Shown: positions 1 through 27,119 of the stretch, piece by piece
How the letters are laid out: each line of letters begins with the position of its first letter
Position numbering within the stretch: the stretch's first letter is position 1
From: the human T2T-CHM13v2.0 reference genome, Homo sapiens
Strand: one strand, 5' to 3'
Assembly (NCBI RefSeq): GCF_009914755.1
Contig: NC_060941.1
Length of the DNA stretch: 64,000 nt
Position numbers and translations under genes: made by a program
Notes under the pieces: model-generated
The model's database searches: none
The model's input: only the letters and a program-made list of their open reading frames with translations
What the model was told of the DNA's origin: nothing

Positions 1-80
1 TATCCAGATTTGCTGTACTAGAATTTTACTGTATTTTATTTTGTTTTGTTTTTGAGACAGAGTCTCACTCTGTTGCCTAG

Positions 81-668
<588 letters not shown>

Positions 669-916
669 TAGTCTTGAGGCATTTATAATCAGACAAACAG
701 GGACTCAGATGCCTATGGCACATAGCTGAGGATGGATATGCTGATGGGAAGGTATTATGATCCCAGAATAAGGGAGTATAATTAACTTGTTCATTGTGTA
801 TTGCTCAGAAAGCAGAATTAAGATTACTGTAGATTGGCTGGGTGTGGTGGCTCATGCCTATCATCCTAGCACTTTGGGAGACCGAGGCAGGTGAATCACT
901 GGAGGTGAGGAGTTTA

Positions 917-1155
<239 letters not shown>

Positions 1156-1391
1156 TCATGGCCGGGCATGAGGTGGTGGTGAGCCAAGATCACACCATTG
1201 CAGTCTAGCCCGCGCAACAGGAGGGAAACTCCATCTCAAAAAACAAAAAACTCAGAACAATTTTGATACAATATTATTAGGAATAAATTAAAGAATGATT
1301 AGTATAGGATAGCTTGGTTTTGAAGCTTAGCAAAAGAGTTTAGAGTCCAGGGCAGAGGCCTTTTTTATTTTTTATTTTTATTTTTAGATAG

Positions 1392-1547
<156 letters not shown>

Positions 1548-1560
1548 TAATTAATCTTGA

Positions 1561-1848
<288 letters not shown>

Positions 1849-2504
1849 TGAGCTCAGACAATCCACCCACCTCTGCCTCTCAAAGTGCTGTGATTACAGG
1901 TGTAAGCCACCATGCCTGGCCCCAAAATTAAAATTTTTTACTAGTTAATATATAGTACACAATTCAGAATCTTTCACAGATATACAGTGAAACATCTCTT
2001 CTACATTTCTCCCTTATCCACCTGGTTTCCTTCCTAGAGACAACTGTTAAAAAGTTTCTTATATTTGAGAGATATATCTGCAAATACTTATGTATATTCA
2101 ACCCTTCCATTTTTAAAAAATGCAAGTATATTATATAAACTATTGTGCATTTTGCTTCTTGTGCTTAAGATATTTCAGGAATTGTTTTACATTCATACAT
2201 ATAGAGCTTCTTTGTTCTTTTTTTCAAGGCTGCTTTGTATTTCATTGTATGGCTGAACCGTTTCCTGTTGATGGACACTTAGATGGACAGCAGTGTTTTG
2301 TTGATATAAATAGTGCTATAGTGAATAATCTTGTACATAATGTCATTTAACACACATTCAGATACATTTACAGGATAAATCCCTAGAAGTGGAATTGCTT
2401 TTTTCAAGGATGTATGCATTTGTGATTTCAGTAGATATGGCCACATTCTTCTCCATGGAGAGGAGGAATTTGTCTCCCATAGTCAAGTATGGCAAGGGGT
2501 GGAC

Positions 2505-3293
<789 letters not shown>

Positions 3294-3817
3294 TTAAGTA
3301 CACTGCTTTGTTTTTCTCTACACAGTATTTTTCTCTTACAGAAAGTATTTGAGCAGAAGCTATGCACATAATTATTAGAGATGTTGTGTGGAGAATCATT
3401 GTGGAAGAGACTGGACTAAATCTAATTCCCAACCTTTTACTGTTATTCCTCCCACTCTTGAGACCATGTTTTAAAAGGCTTTTTCCCCCATTATTAGACT
3501 GAATTTATTAAGCAGTACTTTATTTCTCCAATTTTATTAATGAGAGCTTTAGATAGTTTGTGGTAAGTTTTACTACAGGGAGTTGAAATCCTTTCATCTA
3601 TTAGGAGTTGATAGAAGTTGAGCTAAAGTCAAGCCAATCTGACATTTGTATTGTATTGTATTCTTTTGAGACAGAGTTTTGCTCTTGTTGCCCGGGCTGG
3701 AGTGCAGTGGCACGATCTAGGCTTACTGCAACCTCCACCTCCCAGGATCAAGTGATTCTCCTACTTCAGCCTCCTGAGTAGCTGGGGTTACAGTCCCGTG
3801 CCACCATGCCCAGCTAA

Positions 3818-3964
<147 letters not shown>

Positions 3965-4692
3965 TAACTAGATTGTGTCAGTGAAAAATAATTCAGAAAC
4001 CCTCATTATTACCTCTTGGACTTACTGAAGATATGAAGAACAAACCTTTATACCTGATAATGTCCATGTTTCTTTTGAATTCTGTGTGTGTAAAATAGGT
4101 TTAAATGAGGGCTTACATTAAATTCTGCAAGTACTATTGCAAGGAAAATTTCATTCACCGTAACAGATTCCTTAGGGCTTTCAGGTTTTGGGATATTGGA
4201 ATTAATTTGTAATATACATATTATCAAAAGTTATAATTCCTAGTTTTTAGGTCTTGGAGAGAAAACAGTAGCACCATGTAATGAATTAGAAAGTTAAAAG
4301 ATTTAGTTAACTTAAACATAGTTGATAGTGTCGTAGAAAGCCCCCCTTTTTTTTTTTTTTTTTGAGACAAAGTCTTGCTCTGTCGCCCAGGCTGTAGTGC
4401 AGTGGCACAGTCTCGGGTCACTGCGACCTCTGCCTCCTGGGCTCAAGCGATTCTCCTTTCTCAGCTTCCCAAATAGCTGGGATTACAGGTGTGCGCCACC
4501 ACACCCAGCTAATTTTTTGTATTTTTAGTAGAGGTGGGGTTTTGCCATTTTGCCCAGGCTGGTCTCGAACTCCTGACCTCAGGTTATCCACCTGCCTTGG
4601 CCTCCCAAAGTGCTGGGATTACAGGCATGAGCCACCGGGCCTAGCCAAGCCCTGTCTTTTTTACTGTATTATTACTTGGTAGCTCATTTTGA

Positions 4693-4947
<255 letters not shown>

Positions 4948-5556
4948 TAGCTGGGACCACAGGCATGTGCCACTGTCCCCAGCTAATTTTTGTATTTTTT
5001 GTAAAGACGAGGTTGGCCAGGCGCAGTGACTCATGCCTGTAATCCCAGCACTTTGGGAGGCTGAGGTGGGTGGATCATCTGAGGTCAGGAATTCGAGACC
5101 AGCCTGGCGACCACGGCAAAACCCTGTCTCTACTAAAAACATGAAAATTAGCTGGGCTTGTTGGTGTGCGCTTGTAGTCCCAGCTACTCGGGAGGCTGAG
5201 ACAGGAGAATCGCTTGAACCCAGGAGGTGCAGTGAGCCGAGATTGAGCTTCTACATTCCAGCCTGGGTGACAGAGTAAGACTCCGTCTCACAAACAAAAA
5301 AAAAAGGACGGTGTTTTGCCACGTTGCCCAGCCTGGTCTCGAACTCCTGGGTTCAAGTGATTCGCCCACCTCAGCCTCCCGGAGTGTTGGGATTACAGGT
5401 GTTAGGCACCGTGCCCAGCCTATTTTTTACCTACTAATCGTGCTCAGTAAGGAAAACAAAGAAAATTGTTACATACTCTGGACCAGAACTCAAGGAGCCA
5501 TTTGTTGTATAGTATTATTTGTTTGCCAGGCAAGGTGGCTCACGCCTGTAATCCTA

Positions 5557-5829
<273 letters not shown>

Positions 5830-6209
5830 TTATTTGTTGTGAAAAACTTATTTTAACAAGTTCTCCAAAGTTTTATTTATTTCTAAAATAAAAGATTAGA
5901 ACAAAATTCTTATTATGGGCCGTTCTTACAGAACTTTTTAGAGTGCCATTTGCTATAATGGGATCCTGCTTTTACTAGCAAACCTTTTATTACAATGAAT
6001 TTCCTAGATCGAGTCTTTATTATTATTATTTTATTTTTTAAAGAGATGAGGGTCTCCCTATGTTGCCCAAGCTGGAGTGCAGTGGTATGATCATAGTTCA
6101 CTGCAGCCTTAAACTCCTGGGCTCAAGTGATCCTCCCGCCTCAGCCTGCCAAGTAGGGAAGACTACAAGTGTGTACTACCACACCTGGCTAATTGTATCT
6201 TTATATTTA

Positions 6210-8760
<2,551 letters not shown>

Positions 8761-9369
8761 ACATTCCCCAAGAACAGAAGAAATTATTTTATATTCTTGT
8801 TTCATGGATGAAGGCATTCAGGTGCAAAGGATTAAAGAACATTAATTTGTTCATAAGCATGTCTTTATAAACATCTATGTAGTAGATACTGTGCTAGGGA
8901 TATAGTAGTGAATAAAAACATTGACCCGTGCCCTCATAAAATTTATAATCTAATGGAAATTGAAGGGAGAAATAAATGTAGGACCTCAGTTTCCGGCTTT
9001 GGCTTAACTTTTTTTTTTTTTTTTTTTTTTTTGAGACGGAGTCTCGCTCTCTCGCCCAGGCTGGAGTGCAGTGGCGCGATCTTGGCTCACGGCAAGCTCC
9101 GCCTCCCAGGTTCACGCCATTCTCCTGCCTCAGCCTCCCCAGCAGCTGGGACTACAGGCACATGCCGCCATGCTTGGCTAATTTTTGTATTTTTAGTAGA
9201 GACGGGGTTTCACTGTGTTAGCCAGGATAGTCTTGATCTCCTGACCCTGTGATCCGCCTGCCTTGGCCTCCCAAAGTGCTGGAATTACAGGTGTGAGCCA
9301 CCGCACCGGGCCTGGCTTAACATTTTTTATTTAGATGAGTGGTTCAAAGCTTTTACTTTTTAGTTATAA

Positions 9370-9591
<222 letters not shown>

Positions 9592-9700
9592 TAAACTCCT
9601 GGTCTCATGTGATCCTCCCGCCCCAGTCTCCCAAAGTGCTGGGATTACAGGCATGAGCCACAGCATCTGGCCTAGTTATATCTTTTTTTTTTTTTTTTGA

Positions 9701-9996
<296 letters not shown>

Positions 9997-10440
9997 TAAA
10001 TATTGTGACTTGTTGAATAATTTGGCCCCTATGGGTGGCAAGTTATTTTGTTGTAATACATGCTTGGTAGTTCATAGGGTGGTTGAAACTGGTTGGTTGG
10101 TTAAAATTTCATGTTAAGGATGGTCCATGCAGGACTCCCATATAGGGGAAAAGAAGTAACTAATAATCTTCATTGAGCACCAACTATATTTCAGGCACTG
10201 TATTACCCTCATCCCCAACATATAGTACTGTTTTATTTAATCCTTGAAACATCCATAAGGTAGGTGGTTTTTACTCTTGAAATCCACAGATTTCAAGAAG
10301 AGCTAATAGAACTTCAGTGATTTGCCCAGTTTCATACAGTGGTTCAGAGATTTAGTCCTACACCTATTTGACTTTAAACTGTCAGGACCAGCTGTTCTCT
10401 GTTGATCATACCCTTGGACCATCCCATGTGTTCCTAGTCA

Positions 10441-10605
<165 letters not shown>

Positions 10606-11355
10606 TTAAAAAAAGCCGGACATGGCGGCATGAACTTGTAGTCTCAGCTACTTGGGAGGCTGAGATGGGAGGATTGCTTGAGCCTGGGAGGTTGAGGCTG
10701 CCAGTGAGCTGTGATGGCACCACTGCACTGAGCCTGGGCGACAGAGTGAGACCTTATCTTTAAAAAATGTATATATATAGTGCTAATTTTGAGTCTATTT
10801 TATTATTTATTTATTTATTACTTTGAGACTGAGTCTCACTCTGTCTCACTTAGTGGCGTGATCTTGGCTTACTGCAACCTCCGCCTCGCAGTTTCAAGTG
10901 ATTCTTCTTCCTTAACCACCTGAATAGCTGGGACTACAGGCGTGCGCCACCATGCCTGGCTAATTTTGGAAGTCTTGGTAGAGACAGGGTGTTGCTGTAT
11001 TGCCCAGGTCTCGAGTTCCTGACCTCAAGTGATCCACTTGACTCAGCCTCCCAGAGTGTTGGAATTACAGGTGTGAGCCACTCTGCCTGGCCGTGATTTT
11101 ATTTTAAAAGTACGTCACTCACAAGAAAAAACACTGTCAGGATTTCTTGTCATGCACCTCACAGCTGATATGTCAAAATGCCAGTTTTATTTCTTATTTT
11201 AAAATTTTGTTTTAGAGGCAGGATCTTACTCTGTTGCCCAGACTAAAGTGCAGTGGTGCAGTCATAGCTCACTGCTGTCTCAAACTCCTGGACTTAAGTG
11301 ATCCTCACAACTCAGCCTTCTAAGAAGTGAAGACTACAGTCATGCACTACCATAC

Positions 11356-11388
<33 letters not shown>

Positions 11389-11813
11389 GGTAGAGACCGG
11401 GTCTCACTACATTGCTCAAGCTGTCTTGAAGTCCTGGCCTCAAGTGGTCCTCCCGCCTTAGACTCCCAAACTGTTGGGATTACAGGCATGAGCCACCACA
11501 TGCAGCTCAAGACACCAGTTGTTTTTTTCTTCTTCTTTTATTCTATTTTTTTGTTTTTATTTTTGAGACACCATTTTAAAAATGCTTTTAATACACTGTT
11601 TTCAAATTTTTTTGAGACATATTCTTGCTATGTCACCCAGAATGTTGGGTGGAATGTTGACTCCTGCATCTTATTGTTATACCAATTCCAGGCTGGAGCG
11701 CAGTGGTGCGATCAAGGCTGACTGCAACCTCCGTCTCTTGGGCTCAATTGATCTTCCTACCTCAGCCTCCTTAGTAGCTGGGACTGCAGGTGCATGCCAT
11801 CATGCCTGGCTAA

Positions 11814-11984
<171 letters not shown>

Positions 11985-13121
11985 TAAGTTAGTTTAACTC
12001 TGAGCCATGGGCCTGTACCTTGGAAATATGTAATTTAGAGTCATAAGTAACAGTTATCTAGCTGAGAGTCATATGTGGGTTATACCAAATGTACTGCCAT
12101 CATGTGATTATAGGTTAGTAGTGTAATTTTTGGAATTGGCAGGTCACAGATGAGATTGCCATGGCTTGGTGGAAAGCTCTCCCAACTGTCTTCTCCAGAC
12201 AGATAGGTAGAACCTGGAACCAGTGCTAGGACGTGTGTGTATGTAGGAGGTAGTCATTGGTTATATGAACTTAAAGTTGCTATCTTAACTTCTGGGCCTT
12301 GAAGGAAGGCCATATTAGTGACATCTGCTTAGTTCTTTATAGTAAACTTGTTAACGCTTGTGCCACAGTCAAGAACCAGAACTGGAATGTTGACTCCTGC
12401 ATCATCTTACACCAGTTCCAGTAGGAATTTTGTTATACAGTTTCTGCTGGAGATGGCAGTGGGATTTTTTTTCTTTTTTTTCCTCATATGTGAAGTAATA
12501 GTCTGTTCACAACAGAAGAAGCCACAAAACTAAACTTATTGGTCACTGAATTTTCTTCAAGGTTACATACCTCTTGGGTATTTTAAATCTAGATTATGTT
12601 CATTTTTATATTTTTGTTCTCATTTTTCTATTTCTTTGTTTTCTTTACTGTGAATGTGCTCCAGGATTTTGTACAGAGCTTCTAGTTTCTGTCTGTAATT
12701 TAAATATTGAATTTGTTCTCGATAAAAGAGAACTTTTTAGCATAAAGAGAAAGCTAAAAACATAGATTATAGGCCCCATAATGAAATGTGTAGTAGTTGC
12801 ATATGGCTAGTGCTTCTCTGTGTATTGGAATTGTACTGTTTTCCCTTAGAATTTGTTTTTTCTTTAATGAGTAATTTTCAGTTATATAAAGAATGTTTGC
12901 ATACTTTTATAATAATGAGAACTGTAATAGCTCATTTTCCACTCAGCAGATGATTTTGGAGATTTACTAGGTAGATGTTGATACATACAGACCTAGTTTG
13001 GGTCATTGTTCTTTAAATAATCATCCTGTAAACACATTTATTTACAGTGTTTTGTCACTTATTGAAAGTGGGGTTTTTTTTGGCGGGGCGCGCTGAGTCA
13101 CATCTGTAATCCTAGCACTTA

Positions 13122-13226
<105 letters not shown>

Positions 13227-13335
13227 TCAAAAAAAGAAAAAAAAAAGGTAAACTTTTTTTCACTTGACCTAGAACTCTTCTGTTTATACACATCAAGGAA
13301 GAACTTAACAGATTTCACATCTGTTTCACTTCTAG

Positions 13336-13404
13336 GAATGCTGCAAGGTCTCTGGGAGTCAAACTATTTTGATGGCTATTTTGACTCTGGTATGGTATGA
13401 AAAG
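13336..13404 (+). other. Candidate alternative TLK2 exon with two possible donors (after 13394 and after 13404)
   Basis: Acceptor ctgtttcacttctag|G; donors ATG|gtatga and AAG|gtagta; open in two frames; lies in non-repetitive sequence. Confidence 0.4.
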
Positions 13405-14598
13405 GTAGTACTACTAGTGACTAAAATAAAAAGCATAGAGACCTTTAGTTTTTTTAAATGGCGTTATCTTCTTTACTGGAGTATGGGGTAGTTTGACTTT
13501 GTTGGCAGCTATGCTTCTTTATACCTAGGCAGGCGTAACTTTTGTCTTCTGTTCTCAGTCCCTTTTAAGCAGCCAATTTGGTCTAAGGAGGAAATGAAAA
13601 CTTTAGAAACTCAGTAAATGTTGACATTTAAACTTTTACAGGAGTGAAAGATTAACCTTTGGCCTCTATTCTACAAGTTTTTCTTAGTTTATATGAGCCT
13701 CCTTCGTGGTGCTAAAGGGCTGGTAGTCAACATTTGCATCTTAACCTCAGTGTTCATGGATTTATAATTTATCCACAGAATTTTCTCTAGGCTTGTAACT
13801 AAAGTATTTTTTAAGATCCCCCTAGAAAAAAAAGTACATTTTAAGTATATTAGAAACATGTTTTATTTTTGCAAACTGTACTCTTTTAAAAACAAGAAAC
13901 TTGACTCTTGTTCATCTTCTAAACTGTCCATTTGATTTTTTTACTTAGAAAATTATTATCAGCAGGAGACAGGGGAGGTAGTTTAAATGTTGTCATAGAC
14001 AATATAACTTTTATGGAGAGATCTTATCAAAATTAGTTTTGATTTAACAAATCAGACTAGTTAAATTTGTTTAAATTTGTGAAATTAACAAATTTAAACC
14101 AGTAAATTAAAAAAATTTCCTAGTTTTTTTTTTTTTTTTTTTTGAGTCTGTGGGTGGCTCTTTTAAAGGATAATTTTCCCTCCCAAGTGATATGGATATT
14201 AGTAAGCATTCTCCCAGATAGCTATTATATAGCAAATGACAAGTAACAGACTATTTTACTAAGAAAATAAGATAAAATACCACATAGTTAAACTTAAATA
14301 ATGTGGACAAAGAAGCATTTAATGTACAAGAGTATGAATTTACCATTCAATTTATGGTTTTAGGAAAACTAGAAAAGAGGAGGAAAAAACAATAAATATG
14401 CAAGAAGAAATAAATACATTGCAAAACAGAAGAATGGGAAATAATCAAGAGTTGGAAAATTAGGAAACAAAAGGCAAAATGAAGGAGAGTACATCGGATA
14501 TAACAAAAGGTACTGAGGACTTACAAAAAGAAAATACTGGAAGTGAATGTTGTTAGTTATATGAAAGTCTCAATGAATAAATAATTTCAAAGATACTA

Positions 14599-15004
<406 letters not shown>

Positions 15005-15008
15005 CTAG

Positions 15009-15281
<273 letters not shown>

Positions 15282-15583
15282 TAATCTTCCCTCCTCAGCC
15301 TCCCAAATTGTTGAGATTATAGGTGTGAGCCACCACTCCTGGTCTCTCCTAACCTTTAAGAAGCGGATACTTCTCATGTTGAATAATATGATAGAAGTAA
15401 ACAACTCTGACAGCAAAATGACAAACATGAAAAAGTAAAAGTGAATGTATAGATGTTTAAAATAAAATAAAAATACTAGTAAATGGCTACAGCAGATTAT
15501 TCCTTTGTTTTGTTTCAAGTAGGTTATCCTAGGAATGTCAAACAAGTTCGTGTTTAAAAACTCAGTAATATTTCTAGAGTCAG

Positions 15584-16283
15584 TGCTGTGGTTTGAATGT
15601 GTTCCTTCCAAAATTCAGGTGTTGCCAGTGTATTAAGAGGTGATTAGGTAAAGAGAGCTCCTCCTCTCATGAATGGGACTAGGTATCCTTTTAAAGGCTT
15701 GATGGCGTAACCTTGTCTGTTTTTACACCTTGCCATGTGAGGACAGTGTCCGTCCCCTCTTGCCCTTCTGCCTTCTACTTTGTGAGGATGTAGGATTCCT
15801 TCCCTCTGGAGGACACAGTGTTGAAGGCACCATCTTGGAAGCAGAGCCTGGACCCTCACCAGACACCTAACCTGCTGGTGCCTTGGTATTGTACTTCCCA
15901 GCCTCCAGAACTGTCAGAAATTAAATTTCTGTTTTTCATAAATTACCCAGTCTGCTGGGTGCAGTGGCTCATGCCTGTAATCCCAGCACTTTCGGAGGTA
16001 GAGGCGAGTGTACTGCTTGAGCCATTCGAGACCAGCCTGGGCAAAGTGGTGAAACCCCGTCTCTACATAAACACAAAAATTAGCCAGACGTGGTGGCATG
16101 TGCCTGTAATGCCAACTACTTGGGAGGCTGAGGCAGGAGGATTGCTTGAGCCCAGAGGTCAAGACTGCAGTGAGCCAGGATTGGAACACTGCACTCCAGC
16201 CTGGGTGACAGAGCGAGACCCTGTCTCAAAAAAAATTACCCAGTCTCAGGCATTCTGTCATAACAGCACCTACAGACTAAGTA
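15584..16283 (+). mobile_element. ERVL-MaLR solo LTR (MST/MLT1A-like) with an Alu inserted at ~15954-16233
   Basis: tgctgtggtttgaatgtg..ccaaaattca start; ccctcaccagacacc..ctgctggtgccttg..cttcccagcctccagaactgt; Alu TSD aaattacccagtct. Confidence 0.8.
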
Positions 16284-16439
16284 TGGCTTAATGGTGAGAA
16301 GTACTTTTTTTGAACCAGATAGCCTTGGTTCAGATCTTGGCTTTGCTTCCTAATGACTGTGTGACCTTGAATGAGTTTACTGATCTTCTTATGCTTTCCT
16401 CATCTGTAAGTGAGTAATAAGAGCAGCTACCTCACAAGG

Positions 16440-16796
16440 TAGGGCAACCATAACAGATACCACAGACTGTGTGGCTTAAACAACAGAAATTTATTTTCTT
16501 ATAGTTCTGAAGACTAGAAGTGCAATAGCAAGGTGTCAGCAGGTTTGGTTTCTTCTGAGGCCTTTCTCCTTGGCTTGCAGATGTCTGCCTCCTTCCTGTG
16601 GCCTCATATTGTAGTCCCTCTGTGTGCATACATGTCTGTGCGTGCTCACTTGCTCTCTCTCATTCTTTGTCCTGATCTCCTCTCATAAGAATACCAGTTT
16701 TAATGGATTTACGCTTCTATCTCCAAATACACTAAAGTACTGGAGATTAGGGCTTCAACATAGGAATTTTGGGAGGACACAGTTCAGCTCATAACA
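16440..16796 (-). mobile_element. MLT1-type MaLR LTR inserted in a MIR (~16290-16870)
   Basis: cataaca.ataccacagactg.gtggcttaaacaacagaaatttattt; ggcttcaacat..gaattttgggaggacacagttcag..cataaca. Confidence 0.8.
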
Positions 16797-16909
16797 GGTT
16801 GTTATGAGGGTTAAATGCCCTGATATACCTGGCCCTAGCAAATGCTACCTAAGTGTTGGTTATCATTATTATTACTTTACAATAATAAGTAATACATAAA
16901 ACCCCAAAA

Positions 16910-19630
<2,721 letters not shown>

Positions 19631-20035
19631 TATGTGGGTCTGTTTTTTTTGTTTTGTTTTGTTTTTTGGGATGGAGTCTGGCTCTGTCACCCAGGCTAGA
19701 GTACAGTGGTGCGATCTTGGCTCACTGCAACCTCCGTCTCCTGGGTTCAAGAAGTTCTCTGCCTCAGCCTCCTGAGTAGCTGGGATTACAGGCACCTGCC
19801 ACCACGTCCAGCTAATTTTTTGTATTTTTAGTAGAGACAGAGTTTCACCATCTTGGCCAGGCTGGTCTTGAACTCCTGACCTTGTGATCCACCCGCCTCA
19901 GTCACCCAAAGTGTTGGGATTACAGGTGTGAGCCCACCGTGCCTGGCCAAGGGTCTGTTTTTATAAGCTGTGACGATTAAATGTGCTAATATAGAATGTC
20001 TTGCCTGTAAAGTGCTACATTATGTGAGCTTTTGA

Positions 20036-20342
<307 letters not shown>

Positions 20343-20479
20343 TGATCCACCACCTCAGCTGCCCACAGTTCTGGGCTTACAGGTGTGAGCCACCATGCCC
20401 AGTCAATAATAATTAAAAAAAAAAAATTTGGATAAACTCAATAGTCATTCCTACTTTGTAATTTTAAAAACAATACAGT

Positions 20480-24036
<3,557 letters not shown>

Positions 24037-24040
24037 TTAG

Positions 24041-24169
24041 CCCATTTATGCTTAGTGTTTCATTATTGGGTTGCTAAGCTTGTGGCAGTTATTGATATCC
24101 TACTGTTCAAGGTCATCACCAAGGTCTGATTTTTCACAGAAAAAATTTGCAACCTCGGGCATAAATGGG
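24041..24169 (+). mobile_element. MER85 (piggyBac PGBD3-derived MITE)
   Basis: TIRs cccatttatgc ... gcataaatggg; ttag/ttaa flanks (TTAA target site); internal gctaagcttgtgg, aaggtcatc.ccaaggtctgatttttcac match the recalled consensus. Confidence 0.92.
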
Positions 24170-24363
24170 TTAATATAGTTTTTAATGGTAAAGCATTAGA
24201 GGTGTTACCATGAAAATGAAGAACGGAAAAATGTTTTCTATGATTATTATTTCATGTTTTATTCAGTGCAGTAAAATGTAAAACAAATAAGAGGTATAAA
24301 TTATAGAAAGGAAGATAAAACCTTGTTATTTACAAATGCTATGATTTTATACCTAGACAACTA

Positions 24364-24717
<354 letters not shown>

Positions 24718-26354
24718 TCAGTAAAGTGACTGGCTAAATAAAAACCATGAAAATTAATAATTTCTGTATATCAGCAGTAACATAAAAATAGGAAAAATTG
24801 CTTTTAAAATTAAGTAATAAACATGTTTTTATTTTACTCATAACTGTTTTGTTTTGAGACAAGGTCTTGGCTCTGTCACCCAGGCTGGAGTGCAATGTGC
24901 AGTGGCGCGATCTTGGCTCATTGCAACCTCTACTTCTCGGGCTCAAGCGATCTGCCCACCTCAGCCTCCAAGTAGCTGGGACCACAGGTGCACACCACCA
25001 TGCCTCGCTAATTTTTTGTATTTTTGGTAGAGATGGGGTTTCACCATGTTGGCCAGGCTGGTCTCTAACTCCTGAGCTCAAGGGATCCACCCACCTTGGC
25101 CTCCCAGAGTGCTGGGATTATAGGAGTGAGCCACTGCTCCCAGCCTGTTTTGAGTTAATTTTTATGTTGATGTGAAGGAAGGGTACAACTTCATTGTTTT
25201 GCCTGTGGCTATCTACTCCTGGCACCATTTGCTGAAAAGACTATTCTTTCCCTCGTTGAATTGTGTTGGCACCCTTGTCAAAAATCATTTGACCACAATT
25301 ATGGATTTATTCCTGGACTCTCAATTCTATTCCATTGATCTAACCTTATGCTAGTACTGTACTGTCTTGATTACTGTGGCTTTGTTTTTAGGTGATGAAG
25401 TATGAGCCTTCCTGCTTTTTCAGGATTGGTTCCTAGCAATTCCATATGCATGTTAGAATTTGCCTACCAATTTCTACAAAGAAGTCAGCTGGGGCCGGGT
25501 GCGGTGGCTCACGTCTTTAATCTCAGCACTTCGGGAGGCGGAGGCGGGTGGATCACCTGAGGTCAGGAGTTCGAGACCAGCCTGGCCAACATGGCGAAAC
25601 AATAATAAATTATTATTGTTTATAATATAAAATTATTTCTTCCTCTTGATGCTACTGTGTATGGAATTATTTTCTTCATTTTCAGATTGTTCAATTGCAA
25701 GTATAAAAAAATGGATTTTTGTCTATCAGTCTTGTATTCTACAACCTTGCTGAACTAGTCATTAGTTATAAAACGAAGGCTCCTTGTGGCTGTTTTATGC
25801 CCTGGGTCTCTCCTACAAACTAGCCAGTCTACAGTCTAGGCTGTATCTTCATTACATCCAGGAACCTCTTTCCACTTGCGTAGTACCACAACCCCTATTG
25901 TTTTTGGGAACACCCTTAGACTGAAACTTGTCACACTCTTGCAAGTGAAGTTAGGTCCTTTGAGATACTCTGTGTTCCTGCTTCTTCCCTTAGGCAAAGT
26001 ATCTGAGCCAGGGTTCTAGTGGTAGACTAGGTGGGGACAATAGCAAGCTTTTCTGTGAATGCTACCCCAGCTCTAGGAGGGTATGGGGCAGGTCAGCAGC
26101 CTGGGGTCCTCTTGGCTTGTCTCTCCTGTTGTGGAACCACTGTCCCATGAGCTGGGAGAGAGGGTCGTTGGATTCCCAGTATTCTCAGTGTGTCATGCCT
26201 ATGAAAGAGCCCCTTTTCCACAAGTAGGGATTGAGCAGAAGAAGGGAGCCCCTGCCTCTGAGAGTACTTGCCTGAGACAGCCTCAGCAACAGAAGTCAGG
26301 GCAGGATGAGAAACACTGAAGTCGCATTCTTCCCAGGAATAAAGAAAGCCCTCA

Positions 26355-26657
<303 letters not shown>

Positions 26658-26700
26658 TCATCAGGCTTCTTCTTCAGTTTTGCTATCCTCTTAGGATTAA

Positions 26701-26898
<198 letters not shown>

Positions 26899-27017
26899 TG
26901 AGGCGGGCAGATTGCTTGAGGCTGGGAGTTGGAGACCAGCCTGGGCAACATAGTGAGAACTCGTTTCTACAAAAAAACTTAGCAGGGTGTGGTGGTACAC
27001 ACCTGTGGCCCCAGCTA

Positions 27018-27119
<102 letters not shown>

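Noticed and set aside
12348-12765. Hydrophobic ORFs resembling signal or membrane peptides
   Set aside because: Hydrophobicity comes from T-rich sequence; no convincing exon structure
14069-14099. 12-bp AT-rich inverted repeat gtttaaatttgt...acaaatttaaac
   Set aside because: Low complexity with local stutter; no sign of an RNA gene or MITE
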